A DNA stretch of 64,000 nucleotides from an uncultured delta proteobacterium. Lineage in GTDB: Bacteria; Desulfobacterota; Binatia; UBA9968. A program made the position numbers and the translations under genes. Within the stretch, counting starts at the first letter, position 1. The number at the start of each line of letters is the position of its first letter. The stretch covers positions 1 through 64,000 of the forward strand of contig CAVYTU010000010.1 of NCBI GenBank assembly GCA_963771465.1, written 5' to 3'. Shown here piece after piece: positions 29,836 through 39,842 of this stretch. The notes under the pieces are model-generated. The model had not been told where the DNA came from, searched no databases, and saw only the letters and a list, made by a program, of their open reading frames with translations.

Positions 29836-31309
29836 AAATCGTCTCTCGCCACTTCGCGCGGATTTGGTTTTTTAGTGCTTCACTCGATTCGGCGATGGGC
29901 GGGAATTGATGGCGCCGATCGTAGGGCATGCAGGCGTCGATCAAGCAACGCGAGCTGTGGCCTTTGTTCTCGGGCGGGATGCAGACGTCCAGCGAGCCGC
30001 TGGCGGCGCGGCGAATGATTTCGACGGCGGTCTCGGGGTCGCAGCGCGTTGACATCGCCCAGAGCACGTCGAACTCGCTCGTCGGATCGATGTCTTCGTC
30101 CACGACCACGACGAATCTTCCATTGTACGCACCGCCGAGGGACTGCGAGGCGAGGAAGAGCGCTTGGCGCGAGTGGCCGGGATAGGCTTGCTTGATCGAG
30201 ATGACGTTGAACAAACTGCCGATGCCCGATTCGAGCGACCAAACACCTTTGACGTTGGGCAAGCCGGCTTTCTCGACGCGGTCCCAAAGCTGCGCGGCGC
30301 GGATCATGCCTTTCGACAGCGAATAGTCCGTCGGCGGCCGGCCGGGGCGCGCGACGCAGAGGATCGGATCGTTGCGATGATAGATGCGTTCGATGCGCAG
30401 CACCGGCGTGTCTTCCATTCTTGTGCCGTAGTAGCCGAGCCATTCGCCAAACGGCCCGTCGGCTTTGATGTCACCTGGGTGGAGAAAGCCTTCGATGGCG
30501 ATCTCCGTGTGCGCGGGAAAGGGTAGGCCGGTGACTTCGCCCTCGACGAGATCGAAAGGCCGTCCCCTAATGCCGCCGCAGTAATCGTACTCGGAATAAC
30601 CCAATTCGATCGGATTGCCGGCGGCTAAAAGCAGCAGCGGGTCTTGGCCGACGCAGAGAACCACGGGGCAAGACTTGCCCTGCTTAAAATATTTCTCCAT
30701 GTGCATGCGTCCATGCTTGCCGGCGGACGACATGAAGAGCCCGACTGATTTGTCGTCATGCACCATGGCGCGATAGGTGCCGAGGTTAAGCCAGCCTTCT
30801 TCAGGATCGCGAGTGATCGCGATGCACGCCGTGCCGATGAACCGGCCGCCGTCGAGCTCGTGCACTTTGGGCACCGGAAACTTGAGTACGTTGATCTGCC
30901 CGCCGGCCAGTTTATTTTCAAACACCGGGCCGGTGGCGACGATGCGCGGCGGGAGCGGATGGAGCGCGTTGAGTTTTTCCTTGAAGCGGCTGACGAGTTT
31001 TAATCCCGTGCTGTCCATGGGCAAACCGGCCATGAGCGCGAGACGGCGGTAAGAAGTTTGCTGGCCGAACAGAATGCGAAATCCTTCAGGGTAGCCTTTG
31101 ATTCGATCGAACAGCAGCGCCGGGATGGTGCCGCTGCGTTCGCGATAAATCAGCTCGGCCATGGCGCCGATTTCTAGATTCCAATCGGCGCCGTTGATCC
31201 GCTTGAGCTCGCCCATCGACTCGACTAATTCCAGCCATTGGCGAACGTCGTCGTAGGGACGCGGTAGATTGCCTTCATCGATAGCTTGGGATTCGTGCGG
31301 CAGCGCCAT
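29828..31309 (-). CDS. UbiD family (prFMN-dependent) decarboxylase
   Basis: ALLFDRIKGY, DGGRFIGT, NLGTYR, DGPFGEW.GYY, VVVDEDIDP, WAMSTR. Confidence 0.93.
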   Translation of the reverse strand: MALPHESQAIDEGNLPRPYDDVRQWLELVESMGELKRINGADWNLEIGAMAELIYRERSGTIPALLFDRIKGYPEGFRILFGQQTSYRRLALMAGLPMDSTGLKLVSRFKEKLNALHPLPPRIVATGPVFENKLAGGQINVLKFPVPKVHELDGGRFIGTACIAITRDPEEGWLNLGTYRAMVHDDKSVGLFMSSAGKHGRMHMEKYFKQGKSCPVVLCVGQDPLLLLAAGNPIELGYSEYDYCGGIRGRPFDLVEGEVTGLPFPAHTEIAIEGFLHPGDIKADGPFGEWLGYYGTRMEDTPVLRIERIYHRNDPILCVARPGRPPTDYSLSKGMIRAAQLWDRVEKAGLPNVKGVWSLESGIGSLFNVISIKQAYPGHSRQALFLASQSLGGAYNGRFVVVVDEDIDPTSEFDVLWAMSTRCDPETAVEIIRRAASGSLDVCIPPENKGHSSRCLIDACMPYDRRHQFPPIAESSEALKNQIRAKWRETIYE

Positions 31310-33592
31310 TCATTTCTCCTTTGCTTGCCTTAACTGTTCGAGTAGTTTTTCCGCCGACATGGGCAATTCTTTCAAGCGCACGCCGGTGGCGTGGGCGATG
31401 GCGTTAGCTACCGCCGGAGCGATGCCGAAGACGGACATCTCGCCGACGCCTTTGGCGCCGTAGGGTTCGGAGGCATATTTTTTTTCGACGATGATCGGCG
31501 TCGCGCTTGGAATGTCCCGCGTGGTCGGAATCTTGTAGTCGGCAAAGCTGGCGTTGGTGATTTTCCCCTGATCGAATACCAATTCTTCCGAGAGCGCGTA
31601 GCCGAGCCCCATCATGATGCCGCCTTGAATCTGACCGGTGACCGCCATCGGATTGAGCGCTTGGCCGATATCGTGGGCCGAGGCGACGCGCAGGAGTTTG
31701 ATCGCGCCGGTCTCGCGATCGACGGCGACTTCCACCGCCTGCGCGCCGAACGGCCAACCCGGCGCGGCAGCGCTTTTCGCCGCTGCCGCAGCGTCGCCGG
31801 CCCAAACTCTCTGGCTCTCGCTCGCGCCGATGCCGATGATTTCGCCTGCGGCGGATTTTTCGGCGACGGCAGCGAACGTCATCGCATGGCCTTTGGCAAA
31901 AACTTTCTTGCGCGCAAGCCGGAGCTCACTCGGGGTGAGATGCCAAAGCTGCGCGGCGATCTCAAACAGTTGGCGCCGGGCATCGGCGGCGGCGAACTTC
32001 ACGGCCGCGCCGACGTAGGGTGTGACGCGGCTCGAATAGGTGCCGTGGTCGAAGGGAGTTCGTTCGGTGTCGGCGATGACGACTACAATGTCATGCAACG
32101 GTATAGCCAATTCCTCGGCGACGATCTGGCCGAGGCTCGTTCCCGTGCCGCCACCGACGTCGGTGGCACCGATTTGTAATTCCACTTGGCCGTTTGCGTC
32201 GATGCGCACTCTGGCGTTGGAAGACGACGCCGAAGTGGTTGGCGATTTGTGCAGCAACGCGAGGCCGAAGCCGTGATTCGCCGGAGCGCGCTTGCGCCAG
32301 CGCTTGAGCTCGCCGGCGACTTTGATCAAACATTCGCGCAGCGCAATATGATGTGCGCGATCGCCGACCGGCGTTTCGTCGCCGCTGTCGAGGCAATTTT
32401 TTAGCCGCAGATCGACGGGTTCGATGCCGAGCTTCGCGGCGATGATGTCCATCTGTGATTCGCCGGCCCAGACGGCTTCAGGAATACCCAAGCCGCGAAA
32501 CGGACAGCCGCGCAACTTATTCGTATAAACCAGCGTGGAGACGACGCGAATGTTCGGGATGCGATAGGGCCCGACGCCGTCTTTAAGCGCGCGATTGCTG
32601 CCGGGCAATCCTTCCGCGTAGGCGCCGGTGTCCCAGGTGAAATCCATGGCGCGCGCGGTGATCGTGCCATCGCGCTTCACCCCGGTGCGCACGCGCACGG
32701 TGGCCGGCACGGAGCCGGCGGCCGCGGCGAATTCTTCGGCGCGGCTGTTGACGAGCCGCACCGGTTTTTTCGTCTTCAACGCCAGCGCCGCGGCATACGG
32801 TTCGAGCCGCATGGCGTTTTTGCCGCCGAAGCCGGCGCCGATTTTCGTGCCGATGACGCGAATCTTATCTTCAGCGAGATCGAAGAGCTCGGCTAAACCC
32901 GAGCGCACGAGAAAAACTTTTTGCGTGCTGGTCCATACCGTGAGTTGCTCGCCATTCCATTGGGCGACGACGGCGTGGGGCTCGAGCGAGCAATGCTGCA
33001 CTTGCTGAGCGCGAAACGTATCGTCGAAGATTTCATCAGCTGCGGCGAAGCCTTCATCGATGTCGCCTTTGGTGAAGAGCGCCTGATGCGCGATGTTGGT
33101 GCCGGGGAGCGGATGCCAGTCGCGCGCCAAGACGCTGTTCATTCGATAGGATTGGAGCTGATCGTGGACCAATGGCGCATTCTCGCCAAGCGCTTCGTCG
33201 GTCGTCAGCGCCGCCGGTAATTCGTGGAAATCACAATCGATCAAAGCCACCGCTTGTTCGGCGAGTTCCTCGTCATCGGCGGCCACCGCGGCGATGACAT
33301 CGCCGATGTAACGCACTTTGTCTGTGGCAAAGATCTGCTCGTCTTGGAGCGAAAAGCCGAAACGCTTGGCGGGCACGTCGTCGGCGGTGAGCACGGCAGC
33401 GACTCCCGCCAGAGCCCGAGCGCGACTGGTGTCGACGCGACGAATTCTTGCGTGCGGCAGCGGGCTGCGCAGCAGCTTGACGCGCAGTGTCCCGGGCAAG
33501 ACCACGTCGACGCTGTATTGGGCGCCGCCCGAGACGGTGTCGAGACCGTCGAGGCGCGGCGCCGGCTTGCCGATGATTTTAAAACTTCTCAC
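31310..33592 (-). CDS. Xanthine dehydrogenase family molybdopterin-binding large subunit
   Basis: RSPLPHARI, GAGFGGK, FRGLG, GQIQGG, GAKGVGE. Confidence 0.93.
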   Translation of the reverse strand: MRSFKIIGKPAPRLDGLDTVSGGAQYSVDVVLPGTLRVKLLRSPLPHARIRRVDTSRARALAGVAAVLTADDVPAKRFGFSLQDEQIFATDKVRYIGDVIAAVAADDEELAEQAVALIDCDFHELPAALTTDEALGENAPLVHDQLQSYRMNSVLARDWHPLPGTNIAHQALFTKGDIDEGFAAADEIFDDTFRAQQVQHCSLEPHAVVAQWNGEQLTVWTSTQKVFLVRSGLAELFDLAEDKIRVIGTKIGAGFGGKNAMRLEPYAAALALKTKKPVRLVNSRAEEFAAAAGSVPATVRVRTGVKRDGTITARAMDFTWDTGAYAEGLPGSNRALKDGVGPYRIPNIRVVSTLVYTNKLRGCPFRGLGIPEAVWAGESQMDIIAAKLGIEPVDLRLKNCLDSGDETPVGDRAHHIALRECLIKVAGELKRWRKRAPANHGFGLALLHKSPTTSASSSNARVRIDANGQVELQIGATDVGGGTGTSLGQIVAEELAIPLHDIVVVIADTERTPFDHGTYSSRVTPYVGAAVKFAAADARRQLFEIAAQLWHLTPSELRLARKKVFAKGHAMTFAAVAEKSAAGEIIGIGASESQRVWAGDAAAAAKSAAAPGWPFGAQAVEVAVDRETGAIKLLRVASAHDIGQALNPMAVTGQIQGGIMMGLGYALSEELVFDQGKITNASFADYKIPTTRDIPSATPIIVEKKYASEPYGAKGVGEMSVFGIAPAVANAIAHATGVRLKELPMSAEKLLEQLRQAKEK

Positions 33593-34002
33593 GAGGCTGG
33601 TGGCTGTTTCGGTGGCGCGTAGAGTTGCAGCAGATTGCCATCGGGATCAAAAAAGTAGAAACCTCGTCCGGTCGGGCGATCGACGGTGGGGATGTCGTAG
33701 ACTTTCACACCCCAATCTTTCATTTTTTTCGCCGCGAGCTCGAAGTCTTCCGGTGAGACGGTAAAAGCCTGGTGTGTGGCGCCGTCCTCTTTCAGCGCGT
33801 CTTTTGCCATCGATTTCGGACGCTGAAAAAGCACGACCATGGAGTCGCCGGAGCGCAGATCGGCACGGTTCAAATGATCACCCATGTCGTCCTTGTTGAG
33901 CTTGGCGATCGTCATGCCCAAAATCTCGGTGTAGAACTTGACCGGGCGCTCGACATCGTTGACCGGGATACCGATATGATAAACGCCTTTCGTCGTAATC
34001 AT
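33589..34002 (-). CDS. VOC (glyoxalase/extradiol dioxygenase) family protein
   Basis: HIGIPV, FYTEILG, HQAF, YFFDPDGNLLQ. Confidence 0.9.
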   Translation of the reverse strand: MITTKGVYHIGIPVNDVERPVKFYTEILGMTIAKLNKDDMGDHLNRADLRSGDSMVVLFQRPKSMAKDALKEDGATHQAFTVSPEDFELAAKKMKDWGVKVYDIPTVDRPTGRGFYFFDPDGNLLQLYAPPKQPPAS

Positions 34003-34199
34003 AAAACCTCCGTAAGATTATCCATGGCCATTACCACCTGCGGATTCTGTCCGTCAACCGGTCGGAATTGGAATGATGGCCTGTTTGAGTAATGGAGTGA
34101 TGGCTACGAGAACGCGCACCGTCCGTCGGGTTTCACCTTGACAGGCTGTGGGGTTTCAACTAGTGGTCAGCCGAAGAATTTACCTTAGCTGAGGATTCA

Positions 34200-35318
34200 A
34201 TGAAAAAGCCATTGATTGTCATTTTCGCCGCCATCGCGCTGACGGTTTTAAGTGACGCGCAAGCTCTAGCCGCCGAAGCCAAGCGGCCGGCGGAGTGGGA
34301 TAAAGCTGTCGAGGAAGCGAAGAAGGAAGGTAAGATTGTTTTGGCAATTCCTCCGGCGACGGAATTGCGAACCGCGTTGGAGCCGCTGTTGAAACAGAAA
34401 TTCGGTCTTGATGCCGAGCTGGTTTCGGCGCCCGGACCGAAAAACGCGAGCCGAATCGCCGCGGAGAAGAAAGCCGGCGTAAATTATTTTGACGCAATCA
34501 TTTGCGGCACGGGGACGGCGGCGGGACTGACCCATGACGGCATGCTCGAACCGATGGAATCGTTTTGGATTCTTCCGGAGGTGAAGGATGCCAAGCAATG
34601 GTGGGGCGGCCATATCTGGGAAGACAATCTGAGCACGCACAAATTTCTCTATTCCTTTCTCGCCGACGTGAGCACCCATAGCACTTGGTACAATACGTCG
34701 CTGGCCAAGCCGCAGGAGCTGCGCGCCTTCGACGATTATTTAAACCCCAAATGGAAGGGTCGCATCGGCTTCAGCGATCCTCGCGTGCCGAGCTCGGGGC
34801 AGTCGATCTGGTCGTTTATGTGGGAGCATCGCGGCGAGGAGTTTTTGAAAAAGCTGGTCCAGCAAGAGCTGTTCTTGACCCGCGATCTGCGCCAACTCGC
34901 CGACGCGGTAGCGAAAGGAAAAGTGGTTCTCGCTTTCGGTTTGGGCCGAAGCCAAACCGAGCCGTTTATCAAAGCCGGCCTGCCGCTCAAACCGGCGCCG
35001 GTGACCAAGGAAGGTTTGCCGGCAAGCAACGGGTTTGGCGTGCTCGGTGTCATCAAAGACTCGCCCCATCCCAGTGCGACAAAAGTGTTCATTAACTGGT
35101 TTCTGAGCCGCGAGGGGCAGGAGTGGTATTCCAAAGTGATGTTGAACGGCACGCGCCGGCTCGATGTGAATACCAAGTGGCTCAAAGATTCCGGCATCGC
35201 CGCGGCCAAAGACGCGCTGACCGTGCAAGAGTATCACCGCGTGCGCAATCACCTCGAAGACAAATACACCAAAGTGCGAGTGCCGGCGGGCAAGTTTGCC
35301 GAGACGGTATTGCAGTAG
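34200..35318 (+). CDS. Extracellular solute-binding protein
   Basis: Signal peptide; AKKEGK, LNPKWKG, PHPSATKVFINWFLS.EGQ. Confidence 0.88.
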   Translation: MKKPLIVIFAAIALTVLSDAQALAAEAKRPAEWDKAVEEAKKEGKIVLAIPPATELRTALEPLLKQKFGLDAELVSAPGPKNASRIAAEKKAGVNYFDAIICGTGTAAGLTHDGMLEPMESFWILPEVKDAKQWWGGHIWEDNLSTHKFLYSFLADVSTHSTWYNTSLAKPQELRAFDDYLNPKWKGRIGFSDPRVPSSGQSIWSFMWEHRGEEFLKKLVQQELFLTRDLRQLADAVAKGKVVLAFGLGRSQTEPFIKAGLPLKPAPVTKEGLPASNGFGVLGVIKDSPHPSATKVFINWFLSREGQEWYSKVMLNGTRRLDVNTKWLKDSGIAAAKDALTVQEYHRVRNHLEDKYTKVRVPAGKFAETVLQ

Positions 35319-35387
35319 GAATTTCGGAGTTTCTCGCGCAAAGAACGCAAAGGGCGTAAAGGTAGGAATAATCTTGGAGGTGCGACG

Positions 35388-36470
35388 ATGAAATTTCGAA
35401 AAATTCTTTTCACCGCCGTTGGTGCGGTAATGATCGTCGCTTGGTTCGTGTCGTTAGCGTCAACCGCTTCGGTGGAAGAGATCACGCTTTACAACAAACC
35501 GGATCGGCAAAAGATTCTCGTCGACGGCGCGCGCAAGGAAGGCAAGATCACCTGGTATACGTCGTTGATCGTCGATCAGGTCGTGCGCCCGCTGAAGGAA
35601 GCGTTCGAGAAAAAATATCCGTTCATCCAGATCGAACATTTTCGCGGTAACTCGGAGCGCTTGGTGCAGAAAATGTTCGCCGAGTATCAAGGCAAACGTT
35701 ATGAAGTCGACATCGTCGACGGCACGGTGACCGCGCCGATGGTCAAAAAAGGCGGCTACCTGCAGCGCTTTTACTCACCCCACCTGGCGGAATATCCCGC
35801 GGAGCTTAAAGATCCGCAGGGTTATTGGGGCGTGAGCAACGTCTATTATTTTGCCGTCGGCTACAATACGCGCATGGTCAAGCCCAACGAAGTGCCGAAG
35901 AGCTATGAAGATTTGCTCCATCCGCGTTGGAAGGGGCAGATGATATGGTCGACCAGCCGCGGCTCGGGGGCGCCCATGATGATCGGCAATATCTTGCAGT
36001 CCATGGGACAGGAAGCGGGGAAAGTTTACTTACAGAAACTCAAAGCGCAAAACGTCGCCAAGTCCACGGCGAGCAACCGGCAGTTACTCGACTTAGTCAT
36101 CGCCGGCGAATATCCACTGGCGCTGCATATTTTTCACCATCACGCGCATATCAGCCGGAGCGCCGGCGCTCCAGTGGATTGGGCGCCGATCGAACCGGCG
36201 ACGGCGACGATCAACACGATCTCGCCGGTGACGCGATCGCCGCACCCGCACGCGGCGATGCTCTTGCTCGATTTCGTCTTGTCCGAAGAAGGGCAGAAAG
36301 TAATTCAAGCGGTCAATTATCTGCCGTCCCATCCCAAGATTCCCGCCAAGCAGGTCGATCTCAAACCGGGCGGCGGCAAGTTCAAGCGCGCGCTTTACTT
36401 TACTCCAGACGCGCACGTGAATGACGGCGACGCCTGGGTCGATTACTTCGAGAAGAACTTTTTAAAGTGA
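35388..36470 (+). CDS. Extracellular solute-binding protein
   Basis: GGAGG SD; ARKEGK, PKSYEDLLHPRWKG, PHPHAA. Confidence 0.9.
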   Translation: MKFRKILFTAVGAVMIVAWFVSLASTASVEEITLYNKPDRQKILVDGARKEGKITWYTSLIVDQVVRPLKEAFEKKYPFIQIEHFRGNSERLVQKMFAEYQGKRYEVDIVDGTVTAPMVKKGGYLQRFYSPHLAEYPAELKDPQGYWGVSNVYYFAVGYNTRMVKPNEVPKSYEDLLHPRWKGQMIWSTSRGSGAPMMIGNILQSMGQEAGKVYLQKLKAQNVAKSTASNRQLLDLVIAGEYPLALHIFHHHAHISRSAGAPVDWAPIEPATATINTISPVTRSPHPHAAMLLLDFVLSEEGQKVIQAVNYLPSHPKIPAKQVDLKPGGGKFKRALYFTPDAHVNDGDAWVDYFEKNFLK

Positions 36471-36661
36471 GCGCAGGCCCAGTCCAATAATCGAGTAGTA
36501 TTTCAGCTCAGGCCGAGCGGCTGTGGGCCGACGACTATTGCGACTGGTTAGTTTTTGGCATCGCGCGTTTTTTACGTGACTGAAGTTTGTTCCGTTACCT
36601 TGACAAGGCGAGCCGAGTCAGACTAGCGTCGCGAGCAGTGCGGCTGGAAGGAGAACGTCGA

Positions 36662-37753
36662 ATGATGCAGCTGTTTTCAAGGCGACAGCGCCAGCGGACG
36701 TCGCTGATTGTTTTGCTCGCCTCGATGATACTCATTCGCTCGACATCAGCGGCAACGGTCGAAGAAATCGCTCTGATGAGCCGGCCCGACCGGCAAAAGA
36801 TTCTGGTCGAAGGCGCCAAGAAAGAAGCCAAGGTGACTTGGTATACTACCTTAATCGTCGATCAGGTGGTGCGGCCGGTCAAAGAGGCTTTTGAGAAAGA
36901 GTATCCGTTCATCCAAATGGAATACTTTCGCGGCAATTCGGAGCGCATCGTGCAAAAGATGCTGGCCGAATACCAAGCGAAAAGATACGACGTCGATATC
37001 ATCGACGGCACGGTGTCGCCGACCATGGTGCGGCGCGCGAATTTGTTGCAACGATTTCATTCGCCGATGCTGGCCGAGTACCCGGCAGACTTAAAGGACG
37101 CGCAAGGTTTCTGGGGCACGACCAATCTTTATTTCTTCGCCACCGGTTACAATACGCGGATGGTCAAGCCCAAGGAGGTGCCGAAAACTTACGAAGACCT
37201 GCTCAATCCGCGCTGGAAGGGACAGATGATGTGGTCGACCAGCCGCGGCTCCGGCGCACCCATTTTTGTCGGCACGATTCTTAACTCCATGGGCCTGGAA
37301 GCAGGCAAAGCGTACTTGCAAAAATTAAAGGCGCAGAACATCGCCAAGAGTACGGCGAGCAATCGGCAGGTTTTGGACTTGACGATCGCCGGCGAGTATC
37401 CGCTGGCGCTGCAGATGTTCAACCATCATGCCTTTATCAGCAAGTCGGCGGGCGCGCCGGTCGATTGGCAGCCTCATGAACCAGCGACCGCGACCATTCA
37501 CACCATCGCGTTGGCGAAAAACTCGCCGCACCCGCATGCGTCCATGCTCTTGCTCGATTTCGTCATGTCGGAACGGGGACAGAAAGTTTATCAGCAAGCT
37601 AACTATCTGCCGTCGCATCCAAAAGTTCCGGCCAAGCAAGCGGACCTCAAACCGGGCGCGCGCTTCAAGCGCGCCTATTACATCAATCCCGATGCCCAGT
37701 ACGATAAAGGCAACGAGTGGGTGGATTACTTCAACAGCGTGTTTCTTAAGTAG
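36662..37753 (+). CDS. Extracellular solute-binding protein, tandem paralog of 35388..36470
   Basis: Shared blocks LIVDQVVRP, FRGNSER, WSTSRGSGAP, AKSTASNRQ. Confidence 0.9.
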   Translation: MMQLFSRRQRQRTSLIVLLASMILIRSTSAATVEEIALMSRPDRQKILVEGAKKEAKVTWYTTLIVDQVVRPVKEAFEKEYPFIQMEYFRGNSERIVQKMLAEYQAKRYDVDIIDGTVSPTMVRRANLLQRFHSPMLAEYPADLKDAQGFWGTTNLYFFATGYNTRMVKPKEVPKTYEDLLNPRWKGQMMWSTSRGSGAPIFVGTILNSMGLEAGKAYLQKLKAQNIAKSTASNRQVLDLTIAGEYPLALQMFNHHAFISKSAGAPVDWQPHEPATATIHTIALAKNSPHPHASMLLLDFVMSERGQKVYQQANYLPSHPKVPAKQADLKPGARFKRAYYINPDAQYDKGNEWVDYFNSVFLK

Positions 37754-37767
37754 CGGCGGCTAAGAAC

Positions 37768-39540
37768 GTGGCGAAGCAACAGTCAACCGAATCATTCGAT
37801 CTGCCGCTCAAACGCGCTGCGGCGCGCGCAAGTTTTTCTTTAAGCGTCGGTTCGCGCTTGGACGTGGCCAGCGTCGTCATGATCTGCGTTTCCGTTGTCA
37901 CCGCTTATCTCGTTCTCCCGCCGCTGTACTCGGTCATTCAAACCAGCCTGTTCACCACCAAGCTCACCGGCGAGATCGACCAGTTTACCCTGCGCTACTA
38001 CGAAGATCTGCTGCGCGAGCTGCAGATCATCGGACCGTTTCTCAATACTTTTTATTTTTCCATCGGCAGTGCTTTGTTTGCAACTTTACTCGGCGGGTCG
38101 ATTGCGTGGATTGTCGTGAGGACGGACAGCCCGCTGCGCGGATTGGGCTATTTCACCGCGTTCGCTTCCTTCGGCACGCCATTTATTCTCTACACCATCG
38201 GTTGGCTGCTGCTGCTCGGCAAAGCCGGTCCGATCAATTACTGGCTGAAGACTTTGCTTGATCAAACCGGCCCCGTCATCAACGTTTATTCCATGTTCGG
38301 CATGATTTTGATCGAGTCGCTTTTGTGGTCGCCGTTTGTTTTTCTCATGCTCGCCGCGGCGTTTCGCTCCATGGACCCGTCCCTCGAGGAAGCCTCGGCG
38401 GCGTGCGGCGCGCGGGTTTGGCAGACCATGCGGCGGATTTCCTTACGCCTCATGTTGCCGGCGTTCTTTTCCGTCATGCTTTTGATCTTTATCCGCACCT
38501 TCGAATCCTTTGAGATTCCAGCTTTGGTCGGACTGCCGGGCGACATCCGTGTGCTGACGACGTCGATCTATCTCGACGCGCAGAAACTGCCGCCAAGGTA
38601 TGGCAGCGCCGGCGCGTTTTCCGTGTTTCTGATGGTAGTGGTGGCGGTGACGCTCTATTTCTACTTTCGTATGACTCGCGAAGGCGACCGCTATCACACC
38701 GTGACGGGTAAAGGCTACCGGCCCGCGCTGATCAATCTCGGCCGCTGGCGCTATCTCGCCGGTTCGGCGCTGGTGACTTATTCAATCGTTCTGCTGGTGC
38801 TGCCGTTCTTGATCATCCTCTGGGCGTCGCTGCTACCGTTCTACATGCAACCGTCGCTTGAGGGTCTGGCAAAATTCACAATCAAGAATTACATGACGGC
38901 GATACACTACCCCAAGCTCACCGATGCAATCAAAAACAGCGTCCTGCTCGGTCTCGGCAGCGCCAGCTTAGTTATGGCCCTGACGTTACTCGCCTCCTGG
39001 TTGCTCGTCCGCACCAAGATTCGCGGCCGCTGGTTGCTCGATCTGATGACGACCTTGCCGTTGCTGTTTCCCGGTATCGTTATGGGATTGGCCATTTTAC
39101 GCTTTTATCTGTTCGTGCCGATCCCGGTGTACGGCACTCTGTGGATTCTCCTGATCGCTTTCGTCACGCGCTATATCCCATACGGTATCCGCTACACGCA
39201 CTCCGGCTTGCTCCAGTTGCATAAGGAATTAGAAGAGGCGTCCTACGTTTCGGGCGCGTCGTGGTTTAGTTCCATGCGCCGCATCATCCTGCCGCTGATT
39301 ACGCCGTCGTTTCTCGGCGGCTGGATTTTTATTTTCTTGCTGTCCGCCAAAGAGCTGTCCATGTCAGTGCTGCTCGTCAGCCCGCAAACCCCGGTGGTGT
39401 CGGTGGCTATCTTCGAACTTTGGGAAAACGCTCAAGTTGGCGAGCTCGCCGCCTTCGGTGTGATCTGGACGGTGATACTGGTCACGGTGGCAATCGTCTA
39501 TTACGCCTTCGCGCGCCGTTACGGCATTCAGCAAAGCTGA
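37768..39540 (+). CDS. ABC transporter permease, FbpB-type with two fused domains
   Basis: Two EAA loops (DPSLEEAS..CGA; ELEEASYVSGA), TVTGKG. Confidence 0.92.
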   Translation: MAKQQSTESFDLPLKRAAARASFSLSVGSRLDVASVVMICVSVVTAYLVLPPLYSVIQTSLFTTKLTGEIDQFTLRYYEDLLRELQIIGPFLNTFYFSIGSALFATLLGGSIAWIVVRTDSPLRGLGYFTAFASFGTPFILYTIGWLLLLGKAGPINYWLKTLLDQTGPVINVYSMFGMILIESLLWSPFVFLMLAAAFRSMDPSLEEASAACGARVWQTMRRISLRLMLPAFFSVMLLIFIRTFESFEIPALVGLPGDIRVLTTSIYLDAQKLPPRYGSAGAFSVFLMVVVAVTLYFYFRMTREGDRYHTVTGKGYRPALINLGRWRYLAGSALVTYSIVLLVLPFLIILWASLLPFYMQPSLEGLAKFTIKNYMTAIHYPKLTDAIKNSVLLGLGSASLVMALTLLASWLLVRTKIRGRWLLDLMTTLPLLFPGIVMGLAILRFYLFVPIPVYGTLWILLIAFVTRYIPYGIRYTHSGLLQLHKELEEASYVSGASWFSSMRRIILPLITPSFLGGWIFIFLLSAKELSMSVLLVSPQTPVVSVAIFELWENAQVGELAAFGVIWTVILVTVAIVYYAFARRYGIQQS

Positions 39541-39746
39541 CGCGAGCACCGTTTACGATATTTTCTTCTTCCTGCCGGTTTCAGTCGTTACAATTCATTT
39601 GGGTTGGCTCAATAGCGTCAACTTTTCGCGCTAAGTTAATTGTGCAGGATGACAGTCATTTGCCACTTGGCGTATAATCCACGCAATTGGGGTGTGCGCA
39701 AACTTTGCTCGGACAATTGCTCTGGCCGTTCAAAAATTACTCGGTT

Positions 39747-39787
39747 ATTTCAGTGTAGAACCGTAATCAGTGGTTTCACACTGAAAT
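39747..39787. promoter_or_regulatory. Inverted repeat, candidate operator upstream of an SBP gene
   Basis: ATTTCAGTGTAGAACC...GGTTTCACACTGAAAT. Confidence 0.5.
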
Positions 39788-39842
39788 CAGCGTGGTTAAA
39801 AACTACTATGGTAAGCGCCCGTCGAGGGGATTCTGAGGAGGC

